This document shows positions 50,256-60,175 of a DNA stretch of 64,000 nucleotides, one piece after another. The DNA comes from Rummeliibacillus sp. Its GTDB lineage: Bacteria; Bacillota; Bacilli; Bacillales_A; Planococcaceae. A model generated the notes under the pieces. The model was given only the letters and a program-made list of their open reading frames with translations, did not search any database and was not told the DNA's origin. A program made the position numbers and the translations under genes. Within the stretch, counting starts at the first letter, position 1, and each line of letters starts with the position of its first letter. The stretch is taken from the NCBI GenBank assembly GCA_035554455.1, contig DATMJF010000573.1, positions 1,417-65,416 on the forward strand, written 5' to 3'.

Positions 50256-50957
50256 TTAGTCGATTTTAGTCATTTCAATCACTAAAATATGTGATGTATC
50301 TTCAGCTTTAATATGGATATCCTCTTCCACAATTTCTAAGCTATCGCGTGTTTCAAGGGCTACATCATTAATCATGGCATGTCCTTCTATTTCTACAAGA
50401 TAAGCTTGGCGGCCAGCAGCTACTTCAAATTCAATTTCCTTACCAGCCTCTAGTTCAATAGCATACAAATTAGCATCTTGGTTTATTTGAATAGGTGCAT
50501 TACCATTTTTGTCTGAAACCATATGAAGCCATTTGTTTTTGCGTTCATCCATTTCAAATAAGAATTCCCCATAATGAGGTGTGTGGCCATATTGATCAGG
50601 TAAAATCCAAATTTGCAACATACGAAGTTCTTCGTCACCCATATTATGTTCACTATGGAAAACGCCAGTCCCTGCACTCATATATTGCACTTGACCACGA
50701 GTGATCGTATGCTTGTTGCCCATGCTATCTTGGTGAGTAAGTGCACCATTTACAACATAAGAAATAATCTCCATATCGCGGTGGGGATGTAGGTCAAAAC
50801 CCGTATGTGGTGCAATTAAATCATCGTTAATAACACGTAAAGCACCAAATTGAATATTTTGTGGATTATAATATTCAGCAAATGAAAAATGGAATGTACT
50901 GTTTAACCACCCTAGATGGCTAGTACCCATTTGTTTATGATCAACTTTTCTAAGCAT
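50256..50957 (-). CDS. Pirin-family protein (YhhW-like)
   Basis: HLGWLNSTFHFSFAEYYNP...HPHRDMEI...MSAGTGVFHSE parallels E. coli YhhW. Confidence 0.9.
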   Translation of the reverse strand: MLRKVDHKQMGTSHLGWLNSTFHFSFAEYYNPQNIQFGALRVINDDLIAPHTGFDLHPHRDMEIISYVVNGALTHQDSMGNKHTITRGQVQYMSAGTGVFHSEHNMGDEELRMLQIWILPDQYGHTPHYGEFLFEMDERKNKWLHMVSDKNGNAPIQINQDANLYAIELEAGKEIEFEVAAGRQAYLVEIEGHAMINDVALETRDSLEIVEEDIHIKAEDTSHILVIEMTKID

Positions 50958-51110
50958 AGTAATCTTCCTTTCAAAATAATCATAAAAATATCTTTAATTC
51001 GAGATAATTGTAAAACGAACATTCCATTAAGTCAAATTCTAAAGCCGGTATACATATAAAAGTATGGGTAATAAGCTTTTCCAAAAGCTTATTACCCATA
51101 CTCGTTTTGG

Positions 51111-52118
51111 TTATTTTTTAAACAATAAATAAATGAAATAAGGTGCACCGATTAAGGATACAATAATTCCTGCTGGTAAAGAAATATTACCTAGTAAACT
51201 ACGGCCAATAGTATCTGCTACTAAAAGAAGTAAACCACCCATCAAAATAGCAACTGGAATAAACATTTGGTTTCGTGGTCCAACTAATTGTTTTGCAATA
51301 TGTGGAGATAAAAGGCCGATAAAGGCAATCCCACCTGTAACGGATACAGCAGAAGCTGCTAATGCTACAGCAACAATCAATAGGATTACTCGCTCTTTTT
51401 GCACTGAAATCCCAAGACCAATAGATACAGGCTCGTTTAGATTTAAGATATTCAATCGATTTGCTTTAAACAAAGTAAATGGGATTAATACAACCAGCCA
51501 AGGAAGAAGAGTCCATACAAAAGGCCAATCCGTACCCCAAATATTCCCTGCAAGCCATGTTGAGATGAAATCCACCTTTCTATTATCAGACGATGAGATC
51601 AAAACAATCATTAAGCCGGATAACGCCATTTGGAATCCAACGCCAACTAATACCATTCTTACAGGCTTGAGACCTTCTTTTCTACTATATGAGAAAATGT
51701 AAATTAGAATAGTAGCAATGATAGCACCTATAAAGGCTACTATAGGTAATGTATAAACAAATGATCCTGCCTCAATTGGGAAGTACAAAAAGAAGATAGA
51801 AATTGCAACCCCAGCACCAGAATTAATACCGATAATACCAGGGTCCGCTAGATCATTACGTGTAATACTTTGTAAGATTGAACCAGAAAGGGCAAGGGCC
51901 ATACCTGCAAGTAATGTGATGATGATACGCGGTAAACGAATGGAAAAGAGCACAAATTCATCTTTAAACGTACCATGTCCCATTATTGTTGGTAATATCC
52001 GATCAAAGGATACAGCAGATGCACCCATCCCAAGACTAGCTGTGATAGTTGCTAGAATAAGAACGATTAAAATTAACAAAATTATACGTTGTTTACGAAT
52101 TACAGATGATGCAATCAT
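51111..52118 (-). CDS. Iron-siderophore ABC transporter permease (FecCD family)
   Basis: 335 aa polytopic. RNDLADPGIIGINSGAG motif. Confidence 0.9.
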   Translation of the reverse strand: MIASSVIRKQRIILLILIVLILATITASLGMGASAVSFDRILPTIMGHGTFKDEFVLFSIRLPRIIITLLAGMALALSGSILQSITRNDLADPGIIGINSGAGVAISIFFLYFPIEAGSFVYTLPIVAFIGAIIATILIYIFSYSRKEGLKPVRMVLVGVGFQMALSGLMIVLISSSDNRKVDFISTWLAGNIWGTDWPFVWTLLPWLVVLIPFTLFKANRLNILNLNEPVSIGLGISVQKERVILLIVAVALAASAVSVTGGIAFIGLLSPHIAKQLVGPRNQMFIPVAILMGGLLLLVADTIGRSLLGNISLPAGIIVSLIGAPYFIYLLFKK

Positions 52119-53167
52119 GAGAATGCTTTTCCTCCTTTACGAACGATGACAAGGAAGAAAGGTAATCCTAAAATTGCAATAATTGCTGCAAGTGGTGTTT
52201 CATAAGGCGCATTAATAGTGCGCCCCACAGTATCTGCGAGAAGCATTAAGCATGCTCCGAAAATAGCAGTCATCGGAATGACATGGCGATAATCTGTCCC
52301 GACAAAAGCACGAACCATATGGGGGACCATCAGCCCGATAAACGCTAAGTTTCCTACAAGCGCAACAGATGTCCCTACTAGTACAATAATGACAATAAAA
52401 AGAAGAATTTTAACTAGTAGCGTATGTTGCCCTAAACCTACAGCAACTTCCTCGCTCAAACTTAAAACGGTAAGTTGTCGAGATAATAAGATGGCTATGA
52501 AAATCCCAATTAAAATAGTAGGTATCACAATTTGTAGTTGATCAAAGGAAGTCCCGACTAAACCTCCAGATGTCCACATCGACACATCTTTTGAAACTTT
52601 AAAAATTAAACCAATACCATCAGCAATAGCATATAAAAATACAGAAACTGCAGTACCTGCAAGGACTAAACGAAATGGCGAAAAACCACCGCGCTGTACC
52701 ATGCTAATACCGAATACTAGAAATGCACCAATCGCTGCTCCGATAAAGCATGAAGTCATAATCCCGAAATAACTGAGTGAAGGGAGAAGTGCCATTGCAA
52801 ACGCTAATGCAGCATTTGCTCCGGCTGTTAAACCAAGTATCCCAGGGTCTGCTAGTGGATTTCGAGTCATTCCTTGCATAATAGCACCTGCAACCGATAG
52901 TGCCGCGCCAATAAAAATAGCGCCAATCTCCCTTGGTAAACGAATTTCACGGATCATCGTGACTGTTTCACTTATTTTTCCTTGAGCAACGATTGCAAGC
53001 CACACTTCTTTTAGAGTGGTATCGGCTGCACCAAATGCCATTGCTATTGTAAAAAAGATTACTAAAAGAATAAACCCAACAATCAACTTCATGGGAAAAG
53101 GAATTGTACGTTGTTTTTGTTGTTTCATCATATCATCGTTTCTTTCAATATAAATATTACTTTCCAA
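52115..53167 (-). CDS. Iron-siderophore ABC transporter permease (FecCD family)
   Basis: RNPLADPGILGLTAGAN motif. The start is uncertain (an internal ATGATG at 53131/53128 is possible). Confidence 0.88.
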   Translation of the reverse strand: MESNIYIERNDDMMKQQKQRTIPFPMKLIVGFILLVIFFTIAMAFGAADTTLKEVWLAIVAQGKISETVTMIREIRLPREIGAIFIGAALSVAGAIMQGMTRNPLADPGILGLTAGANAALAFAMALLPSLSYFGIMTSCFIGAAIGAFLVFGISMVQRGGFSPFRLVLAGTAVSVFLYAIADGIGLIFKVSKDVSMWTSGGLVGTSFDQLQIVIPTILIGIFIAILLSRQLTVLSLSEEVAVGLGQHTLLVKILLFIVIIVLVGTSVALVGNLAFIGLMVPHMVRAFVGTDYRHVIPMTAIFGACLMLLADTVGRTINAPYETPLAAIIAILGLPFFLVIVRKGGKAFS

Positions 53168-54086
53168 GGAAATTCTTCTTGAAGAATTCTAATTGGTAGT
53201 CTAAAGTAAGCGGATCATTGAAGTAGAATGCCTTTGCGTCTGCTTCATAAACATGACCATTTTTCACTGCAGGAATATTTTTGTATGTTTCAGATTTCAT
53301 GAATGATGTATCCCCATCAGAATTTTTGCTCAAGATTAAGTAATCGCCAGCATAGTCACCTATTACTTCTTGAGAAAGCGCATAGTAACCATCTTTATCT
53401 GTCATTTTCTTTACTTTTTCAGGCATTTTTAATTTCATAGCTTGATAAAGTACTTCTGTACCCCGACCCCAATGATCTCCAAATACATATAAATCTTTAC
53501 CAAAGTTTTCAATAACAGAAACAGTTGCGTCTTTACCTATTTTATTTTTTATCTCGTCCCCAGTCGTTGCAGCACGTTGTTTAAAGTCATCAACCCAAGC
53601 TTGCGCTTCTTTTTCTTTGTTTAATAATTTGCCAATTTCGATATGTTGAGTTAAGTAATCTACTTTTGCATACGTAAATGTTACAGTTGGTGCGATTTTG
53701 TTTAGTTTGTCAACGTCTTTAATAGTGGAAAGACCGATGATTAAGTCTGGTTTTAATTCAATAATTTTCTCTAAATCATCTTCTGTTACTACTTTTGCGT
53801 CTTTTAATTTATCTTTGAATTCAGGGTTTGCTTTAGACCAAGCATCAACACCTACAATTGGAACGCCTAGTTGCATAACATTTCCTGCAAATGATGATAA
53901 GACTACCACACGTTTAGGATGTGCTGGAACCTTAATATCACCATTTTCTGATTTATACGTAATAGTTGTAGGTTCTTTGGTATCTGATTTTGATGAACCA
54001 TTATCTGAGTTTTTGCTTGAATTGTTACTGCAAGCACTCATCATTAAAACTAATATTAATAATATTGGGAAAAGATATTTTTTCAT
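53157..54086 (-). CDS. Iron-siderophore-binding lipoprotein (FhuD/FeuA-like)
   Basis: Lipobox MSACSNN and a periplasmic-binding-protein class 8 layout by eye. Operon context. Confidence 0.88.
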   Translation of the reverse strand: MKKYLFPILLILVLMMSACSNNSSKNSDNGSSKSDTKEPTTITYKSENGDIKVPAHPKRVVVLSSFAGNVMQLGVPIVGVDAWSKANPEFKDKLKDAKVVTEDDLEKIIELKPDLIIGLSTIKDVDKLNKIAPTVTFTYAKVDYLTQHIEIGKLLNKEKEAQAWVDDFKQRAATTGDEIKNKIGKDATVSVIENFGKDLYVFGDHWGRGTEVLYQAMKLKMPEKVKKMTDKDGYYALSQEVIGDYAGDYLILSKNSDGDTSFMKSETYKNIPAVKNGHVYEADAKAFYFNDPLTLDYQLEFFKKNFLGK

Positions 54087-54877
54087 TATTCTACTCCTTT
54101 AATGATGTCATATGTGACGCACATTGGTTTTTTTGTTCGAGGGTCTCTACCGATATAAGCATCGATTTTGAAGACTGCTCTTAATACTTCAGGTTGGATG
54201 ACTTCCTCACAATCCCCAGCCTTAATGATCTTGCCATCTTTAAGAGCAATTAAATAGTCCGCAAATCTTGCGGCTTGATTTAGGTCATGAAGTACCATAA
54301 TAATTGTGCGATGTTGCTCTTTGTTTAACTTTTGAAGTAATGTAAGTACTTCTAATTGATGAGCCATATCCAAATATGTAGTAGGTTCATCTAAAAAGAT
54401 AATCTCCGTTTCCTGAGCAAGCGCCATTGCAATCCATACACGTTGTCGTTGACCACCTGAAAGCGCATCTACAGAGCGAAATTTAAAATCAGATGTTCCT
54501 GTTACATCTAATGCCCAGTCAATCACTTCAATATCTTTCTTCGTTAACTTTCCAAGGCCCTTCTGATAAGGGAAGCGTCCATAAGAAACCAATTCCCCGA
54601 CAGTCAATCCACTGACGCTTTCAGGTGTTTGAGGAAGAATCGCTATTTTCTGTGCAAGTTCCTTGGTTTTCTGTTTAGCAATATTCTCACCATCTAAAAT
54701 GATTGAGCCAGATTGTTGAGTAATAATTCGAGTCATTGTTTTCAGTAACGTGGATTTGCCGCAGCCATTTGAACCAATGATTGTTGTAATTTTCTTATCA
54801 GGAATGCCGATATTCAGATTCTGCAAAATCAATTTCTCACCGTAACCAACACTCAAATCTTCAGTATGTAGGCGCAC
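54086..54877 (-). CDS. Iron-siderophore ABC transporter ATP-binding protein
   Basis: Walker A GSNGCGKST, LSGGQRQR, IIFLDEPTTYLD. Confidence 0.93.
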   Translation of the reverse strand: MRLHTEDLSVGYGEKLILQNLNIGIPDKKITTIIGSNGCGKSTLLKTMTRIITQQSGSIILDGENIAKQKTKELAQKIAILPQTPESVSGLTVGELVSYGRFPYQKGLGKLTKKDIEVIDWALDVTGTSDFKFRSVDALSGGQRQRVWIAMALAQETEIIFLDEPTTYLDMAHQLEVLTLLQKLNKEQHRTIIMVLHDLNQAARFADYLIALKDGKIIKAGDCEEVIQPEVLRAVFKIDAYIGRDPRTKKPMCVTYDIIKGVE

Positions 54878-54922
54878 TATTATCTACCCTCCATTTGCAA
54901 AATAGCTAACGCTAATTTTAAT

Positions 54923-54937
54923 TGATAATGAAAATCA
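54923..54937. promoter_or_regulatory. Fur box 1
   Basis: TGATAATGAAAATCA versus the 7-1-7 consensus TGATAATnATTATCA. Confidence 0.7.
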
Positions 54938-54972
54938 ATATCAATTTCATTTGACACAATCATAAATCTAAT

Positions 54973-54987
54973 TGATAATGATTGTCA
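54973..54987. promoter_or_regulatory. Fur box 2
   Basis: TGATAATGATTGTCA (one mismatch to the 7-1-7 consensus). Confidence 0.75.
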
Positions 54988-55040
54988 ATGATGTTTAAGA
55001 AATAAATAAGGATTATTTATAAAGTATGGGAGTGAATAAG

Positions 55041-56093
55041 TTGAAACGCGAAGAAATTTTCGATGTCACGATTATCGGTGGAGGGCCAGCTGGTTTATAT
55101 TCAGCTTTTTATAGTGGACTAAGAGGTATGAAAACGAAAGTGATTGAATATCAACCATACTTAGGTGGTAAACTCCATGTTTATCCAGAGAAAATGATTT
55201 GGGATGTAGGTGGTCATAAACCTCTACCCAGTGCTCAGCTTATTGAACAACTAGTAGAACAAGGTTTAACATTCAGTCCAACAGTAATAGTAGGAGAGAA
55301 AGTAGAGACAATTAGTCAGAATGAAGACCTCCTCTTTAAATTGACAACTTCAAGCGGTGAAGTACATTATTCGAAAACGGTCATAGTTGCAGTTGGGAGC
55401 GGTATTTTAAATCCTCAAAAATTAGTAATTGAAGGTGCAGAACGGTACGAGGTATCGAATCTTAACTATACAATAAAGTCGTTGAGACGTTTTAAAGATC
55501 GAGTTATCCTCATTTCAGGTGGGGGCAACTCAGCTGTAGACTGGGCAAATGAACTGCAACAAGTAGCTAAAAAGGTATATGTAAGCTATCATAAGGAAAA
55601 TTTACCTGCACATGAGTCACAAGTCGAACAATTATTAAGAAGTGATGCAACAGTATTTCGTAATACATCTATTACCAACCTAATCGCTGATAATGTGAAC
55701 AGTACGCTAATTAATACAGTCGAACTTACAAATAAACAGACAGGTGAATCTATTCTTGTTGATGTAGATGAAGTTATTATTAATCATGGCTTTGAACAAG
55801 ATTCCACACTATTGAATAATAGTTCTGTAAATGTACAATTAGTTAATGGTTTTTATATTAAAGGAAATGCAGTAGGAGAAACATCCATTTCAGGACTGTT
55901 CGCTGCTGGAGACATTATTAGCTATGATGGGAAAGTCAATCTAATCACTGGGGCATTCCAAGATGCTGTAAATGCTGTGAATAAGGCAAAAACTTATATC
56001 CAACCAGATGCCACAGCTTTTGGTATGGTATCTTCTCATAATGAAGTATTTAAAGAACGTAATCGTGAAATTGTTAAAGGCATGATTAATTAA
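55041..56093 (+). CDS. Thioredoxin-reductase-like ferredoxin-NADP+ oxidoreductase (YumC/YcgT type)
   Basis: FDVTIIGGGPAGL, GGGNSAVDWA and AAGDI...GKVNLI motifs are collinear with B. subtilis YumC. TTG 55041 lies 6 nt after GGGAGTG. Confidence 0.88.
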   Translation: MKREEIFDVTIIGGGPAGLYSAFYSGLRGMKTKVIEYQPYLGGKLHVYPEKMIWDVGGHKPLPSAQLIEQLVEQGLTFSPTVIVGEKVETISQNEDLLFKLTTSSGEVHYSKTVIVAVGSGILNPQKLVIEGAERYEVSNLNYTIKSLRRFKDRVILISGGGNSAVDWANELQQVAKKVYVSYHKENLPAHESQVEQLLRSDATVFRNTSITNLIADNVNSTLINTVELTNKQTGESILVDVDEVIINHGFEQDSTLLNNSSVNVQLVNGFYIKGNAVGETSISGLFAAGDIISYDGKVNLITGAFQDAVNAVNKAKTYIQPDATAFGMVSSHNEVFKERNREIVKGMIN

Positions 56094-56147
56094 TCGTGAT
56101 ATCTCACATTTGTCCAGGGAATATGTCTTTGTGTATAAGTTATCAAT

Positions 56148-56192
56148 AAAAACCTCTACATTCAAAAATGAATGTAGAGGTTATTTATCTTT
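56148..56192 (+). terminator. Terminator of the ferredoxin-NADP reductase gene
   Basis: AACCTCTACATT / AATGTAGAGGTT stem plus a T-rich tail. Confidence 0.8.
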
Positions 56193-56298
56193 GTAAGGGC
56201 TATCTTGCTCGTTTAATAAATATTTTTCTTTATGATGATGAAAATGTTAAAATAGACTATATGTGAATTTTTAAGTCTTTTTAATAAGGTGATTTTCC

Positions 56299-57567
56299 AT
56301 GAATCCAATGTCATCAAAATGGTTAAAATCTGAAACAATATGGGTATCGTTGATTGCAATATTCACAGCGATTAGTAGCGAGATCAAACTCATACCGTTT
56401 AATGGAGAGCATTTCCGCTTTGGTTTAGGTAGTATTACTTTTCTATTATTAATATTAATACGTTTACCTAAATCGGTCATTCGAACAGGTGTTATAACAG
56501 GCTTAACGGTCGTTATCTTTCGGATATTTTCAAATGTAACTTTTTATAATGGTACATTTTCGGATAGCCTTTTAGAAAACTATCCGGCGTTTTTATATTA
56601 TTTTGTATATGTTTTATTATTTACGGTTTTAAAGGTAGAACGATTAATTGAACAACCATTTAAGTTAGGTATAATTGCTACATTTATTGAGATTATTGGG
56701 AACAGCGCGGAACATATTATGCGTTTCTTAATCTTACCTAATTCCTATCTTGGTTTTTATGATTGGTTTTTAATCGTGATGGTTGCTTTATTAAGAAGTT
56801 TCTTTGTAGTAGGCATATATAGCTCCATTATTATGTCCGAACAACGAAAGCGATTGGATGAACAACTTACTTTAGGATCAGACTTATATGTTGAAACACT
56901 CTATTTGCAAAAAATGATGAATCATATCGAACAAATAATGGCTGACAGTTATGATTTGTATCGAGATCTCAAAAAACAGCAATTACAAAATCAAGGTATT
57001 AGGGCATTACATATTTCCCAGGAAATTCATGAAGTGAAAAAAGATGCACAACGAATCTTCTCTGGATTGTCGAATATTACGATGCCTAAGACAGAAGACG
57101 TTTACTATTTATCGAATATTGTAGAATTCGTCGTAACTGCAAATGTTAAATATAGCGAGATGTTAAATAAGAAAATTGAATTTAAAGTAGAAAATACTGT
57201 AGATTTTGCATTAACTCAGCAAATCCCTTTACTTGCAATCCTCAATAATATTACCGCAAATGCAATCGAAGCTGTAGAAGATGAGGGTAGTATTATACTT
57301 CAAGTATCTGATGATCAAGAAATGATTCTCTTCAGGATACAGGATACAGGAGAAGGTATAGCTGAAGAAGATTTAGATATTATTTTCGAACCGGGCTTTA
57401 CAACAAAATATAACCAACAAGGCGTGGCAGCAACCGGAATCGGCTTATCTCATGTACAAGAAATTGTCCAAATGTTGGACGGTAAAATCCACGTGGCAAG
57501 ACCAGCTGTAGGGACTATTTTCTGTATTGGGATTCCTCGTAAGAACATACAAAAAGGAGTTGAGTGA
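56299..57567 (+). CDS. Sensor histidine kinase, GlnK(YcbA)-like (multi-TM N-terminus plus GHKL ATPase)
   Basis: Five to six N-terminal TM helices. C-terminal N/G boxes (NNITANAIEA, DTGEGI, GIGLSH). Paired with a YcbB-type regulator. Confidence 0.8.
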   Translation: MNPMSSKWLKSETIWVSLIAIFTAISSEIKLIPFNGEHFRFGLGSITFLLLILIRLPKSVIRTGVITGLTVVIFRIFSNVTFYNGTFSDSLLENYPAFLYYFVYVLLFTVLKVERLIEQPFKLGIIATFIEIIGNSAEHIMRFLILPNSYLGFYDWFLIVMVALLRSFFVVGIYSSIIMSEQRKRLDEQLTLGSDLYVETLYLQKMMNHIEQIMADSYDLYRDLKKQQLQNQGIRALHISQEIHEVKKDAQRIFSGLSNITMPKTEDVYYLSNIVEFVVTANVKYSEMLNKKIEFKVENTVDFALTQQIPLLAILNNITANAIEAVEDEGSIILQVSDDQEMILFRIQDTGEGIAEEDLDIIFEPGFTTKYNQQGVAATGIGLSHVQEIVQMLDGKIHVARPAVGTIFCIGIPRKNIQKGVE

Positions 57568-58466
57568 CCTTGCGATATTTTATCGTAGATGATGATGCAG
57601 CAAGTCGGCGAATGCTAAAACAAATTATTGTTGAAGGGGATATGGGTGTAATTATTGGGGAAGCTGATAGTGGGATGAATGCATTGGAGCCTATTTTATC
57701 AAGCGACCCAGATTTTGTACTTATTGACCTTTTGATGCCAAGATTAGATGGAATCGAAACAATGGATCAACTTCGCAAACAAGGATTCAGAGGACATTTT
57801 ATTATGATTTCGCAAGTAGAAAACAAAGAGATGGTTGGCGAGGCTTACGAAAAGGATATCGAATTCTTTATACACAAACCAATCAATCGAATTGAGGTAC
57901 AAAGCATATTAAAAAAAACGTCCGAACGTTTTCTTTTGAAAAGATCCCTATTAACCATTAGAAAATCAATTTTAAACTTTGAAGAAGAGACGAATGAGGA
58001 ATCCTATCGTACGATGAAAGACATTGTTTCCTCTATATTAAATGATATGGGGATTGTCGGAGAGGTGGGGAGTGATGATATTGTTTCAATCATTGACTTT
58101 TTATCTTCAAGAGAAGAAAAGACAATGCAAATTCCACCATTGAAAGATATTTATGAAGAGCTTGCAAGTCAATCGAAATTTAGTAGTGCAGAGATTATAA
58201 AAGAAAGTAAAGCAATTGAACAACGTATTCGCCGTACCATTTCCATTGCGATGAATAATTTAGCTACGCTTGGTGTAGTCGACTATACGAATCCAGAATT
58301 TGAATATTATTCACCTCGTTATTTTGAATTTGCTGAAATCCGAGCATTGATGAAAACTATTGAAGATACTGCATCTGTACCTAAAAAGATGAAAATCAAT
58401 GTGAAGAAGTTTTTGCAAGTGCTGTATGTAGATGCAACTGAAAAATTCAAACATCCGCCAAAATAA
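57564..58466 (+). CDS. Response regulator with YcbB-type output domain, GlnL-like
   Basis: RYFIVDDDAASRRMLKQII...LIDLLMPRLDGIETM...MISQVENKEMVGEAYEKDIEFFIHKPINRIE aligns closely with my recollection of B. subtilis GlnL. GTGA overlap with the kinase gene. Confidence 0.85.
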   Translation: MTLRYFIVDDDAASRRMLKQIIVEGDMGVIIGEADSGMNALEPILSSDPDFVLIDLLMPRLDGIETMDQLRKQGFRGHFIMISQVENKEMVGEAYEKDIEFFIHKPINRIEVQSILKKTSERFLLKRSLLTIRKSILNFEEETNEESYRTMKDIVSSILNDMGIVGEVGSDDIVSIIDFLSSREEKTMQIPPLKDIYEELASQSKFSSAEIIKESKAIEQRIRRTISIAMNNLATLGVVDYTNPEFEYYSPRYFEFAEIRALMKTIEDTASVPKKMKINVKKFLQVLYVDATEKFKHPPK

Positions 58467-58568
58467 GGAATAAATTGTAAAAACTAATCGCATTTTGGCA
58501 TAACACCTATCTATTTTATAGAAAAGTTATATAAAAAATCGTGTTTTTTGAATTTTTATATCTTTAAA

Positions 58569-58588
58569 AATGTCGGATAATGTCGGAT
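58569..58588 (+). promoter_or_regulatory. Perfect tandem direct repeat AATGTCGGAT x2 (candidate GlnL-like regulator site)
   Basis: AATGTCGGATAATGTCGGAT ends 15 nt before TATAAT (58604-58609), so it occupies the -35 position of the DAACS gene promoter. Confidence 0.5.
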
Positions 58589-58670
58589 TTCATAAGTCGC
58601 ACTTATAATAAAGTTATGATTTATTGATTAATTTCTAAAAAGCAACACATTTTGAAGGGGTGACTTGTTA

Positions 58671-59945
58671 ATGAAAAAGGGTAAAATCGGGTTAGCTTGG
58701 CAAATCTTAATCGGGCTAATTCTTGGTGTTATAGTTGGAGCTGTTTTTTACGGTAACGAAAACGTAACGAAGTATCTTCAACCAGTTGGAACTATCTTCA
58801 TGAACATGATCAAAATGATCGTTGTACCGATCATTGTATCAACATTAATCTTGGGTGTAGCTGGTCAAGGTGACTTAAAAAAACTTGGTAAACTTGGTGT
58901 TAAAACTATCGTTTACTTTGAATTGATTACGACATTTGCCATTATTATTGGTATTGCAGTAGCAGATATCTTCAAACCTGGTGTAGGTGTAAATATGGAA
59001 CATCTTACTAAAGGTGATATTTCTTCTTACGTTGAAACAAGTAAAACAGTAGCAGAAGCCGGTCACGGTTTTGCCGATACGCTTATTCATATTGTACCAA
59101 CAAACATTATTCAATCAATGGCAGAAGGCAACATGCTTGCGATCATCTTCTTCTCTGTATTATTTGGACTAGGTGTTGCAGCAATTGGTGAAAAAGGTAA
59201 ACCAGTTCTATCATTCTTCTCAGGTGTGGCAGATGCAATGTTCTGGGTAACAAATACAATTATGAAATTTGCTCCATATGGGGTATTTGCATTAATTGCA
59301 GTTACAGTTTCAACGTTCGGGATTCAATCATTGATTCCGCTAGGTAAGCTAGCCATCCTCGTTTATGCAGCAATGATTTTATTTGTTGTTGTAATACTTG
59401 GAGGGGTTGCTAAATTCTGTGGTTTAAGTGTATTCCGCTTAATCCGTATCCTAAAAGACGAATTAATACTAGCATACTCAACGTCAAGTTCTGAAACAGT
59501 ATTACCACGTATTATGCAAAAGATGGAAAAAGCCGGTGTACCGAAAGATATCGTATCATTCGTTATTCCAACAGGCTATTCATTTAACCTAGATGGTTCA
59601 ACTTTATACCAATCAATTGCAGCGTTATTCATCGCTCAAATGTACGGTATGCACTTATCATTAGTTGAACAAATCACATTAGTGCTTACATTAATGGTAA
59701 CTTCTAAAGGTATTGCTGGTGTTCCGGGGGTATCATTCGTCGTATTACTATCAACTTTAACTGCTGTAAATATTCCAGTTGAAGGTCTTGCATTCATCTT
59801 AGGTATCGACCGTATCCTTGATATGGCTCGTACAGTTGTTAACGTTGTGGGTAACTCATTAGCATCACTTGTTATGGCTAAATGGGAAAACCGTTTAGAC
59901 AAAGAAAAATACGATAAATATTTTGAAAATGAAAAATTAGTTTAA
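58671..59945 (+). CDS. Dicarboxylate/amino acid:cation symporter (DAACS, GltP/GltT-like)
   Basis: Typical DAACS motifs (SSSETVLP, GYSFNLDGSTLY, VDRILDMARTVVNVVGN). ATG 58671 after GAAGGGGTGA. Confidence 0.9.
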   Translation: MKKGKIGLAWQILIGLILGVIVGAVFYGNENVTKYLQPVGTIFMNMIKMIVVPIIVSTLILGVAGQGDLKKLGKLGVKTIVYFELITTFAIIIGIAVADIFKPGVGVNMEHLTKGDISSYVETSKTVAEAGHGFADTLIHIVPTNIIQSMAEGNMLAIIFFSVLFGLGVAAIGEKGKPVLSFFSGVADAMFWVTNTIMKFAPYGVFALIAVTVSTFGIQSLIPLGKLAILVYAAMILFVVVILGGVAKFCGLSVFRLIRILKDELILAYSTSSSETVLPRIMQKMEKAGVPKDIVSFVIPTGYSFNLDGSTLYQSIAALFIAQMYGMHLSLVEQITLVLTLMVTSKGIAGVPGVSFVVLLSTLTAVNIPVEGLAFILGIDRILDMARTVVNVVGNSLASLVMAKWENRLDKEKYDKYFENEKLV

Positions 59946-59957
59946 TTTATATTTCAT

Positions 59958-59999
59958 AAAAGCTCTACTAACGTGAATTCATGTTAGTAGGGCTTTTTT
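59958..59999 (+). terminator. DAACS gene terminator
   Basis: AAAGCTCTACTAAC / GTTAGTAGGGCTTT stem plus T6. Confidence 0.85.
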
Positions 60000-60175
60000 A
60001 TTGTACAATTAACGAAAAATATATGTGATGTTATATTATCCATCTTTTGAATACATTCAGTTTTTACGAGATGAAACTCATTTTAAGGTTGTGAAGGATG
60101 TTCTAGTACCAAATACTTCCGCTTAAAATATACACGAGCGAGTTATGATTTTTGAAACTAAGGAGGAGTTTTCAC

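Noticed and set aside
53698-54102. 134-aa plus-strand track ORF (and similar antisense ORFs such as 10687-10998, 31029-31343, 44444-44734, 17999-18307)
   Set aside because: These are shadow ORFs inside strongly supported genes on the other strand. They have no initiation signals.
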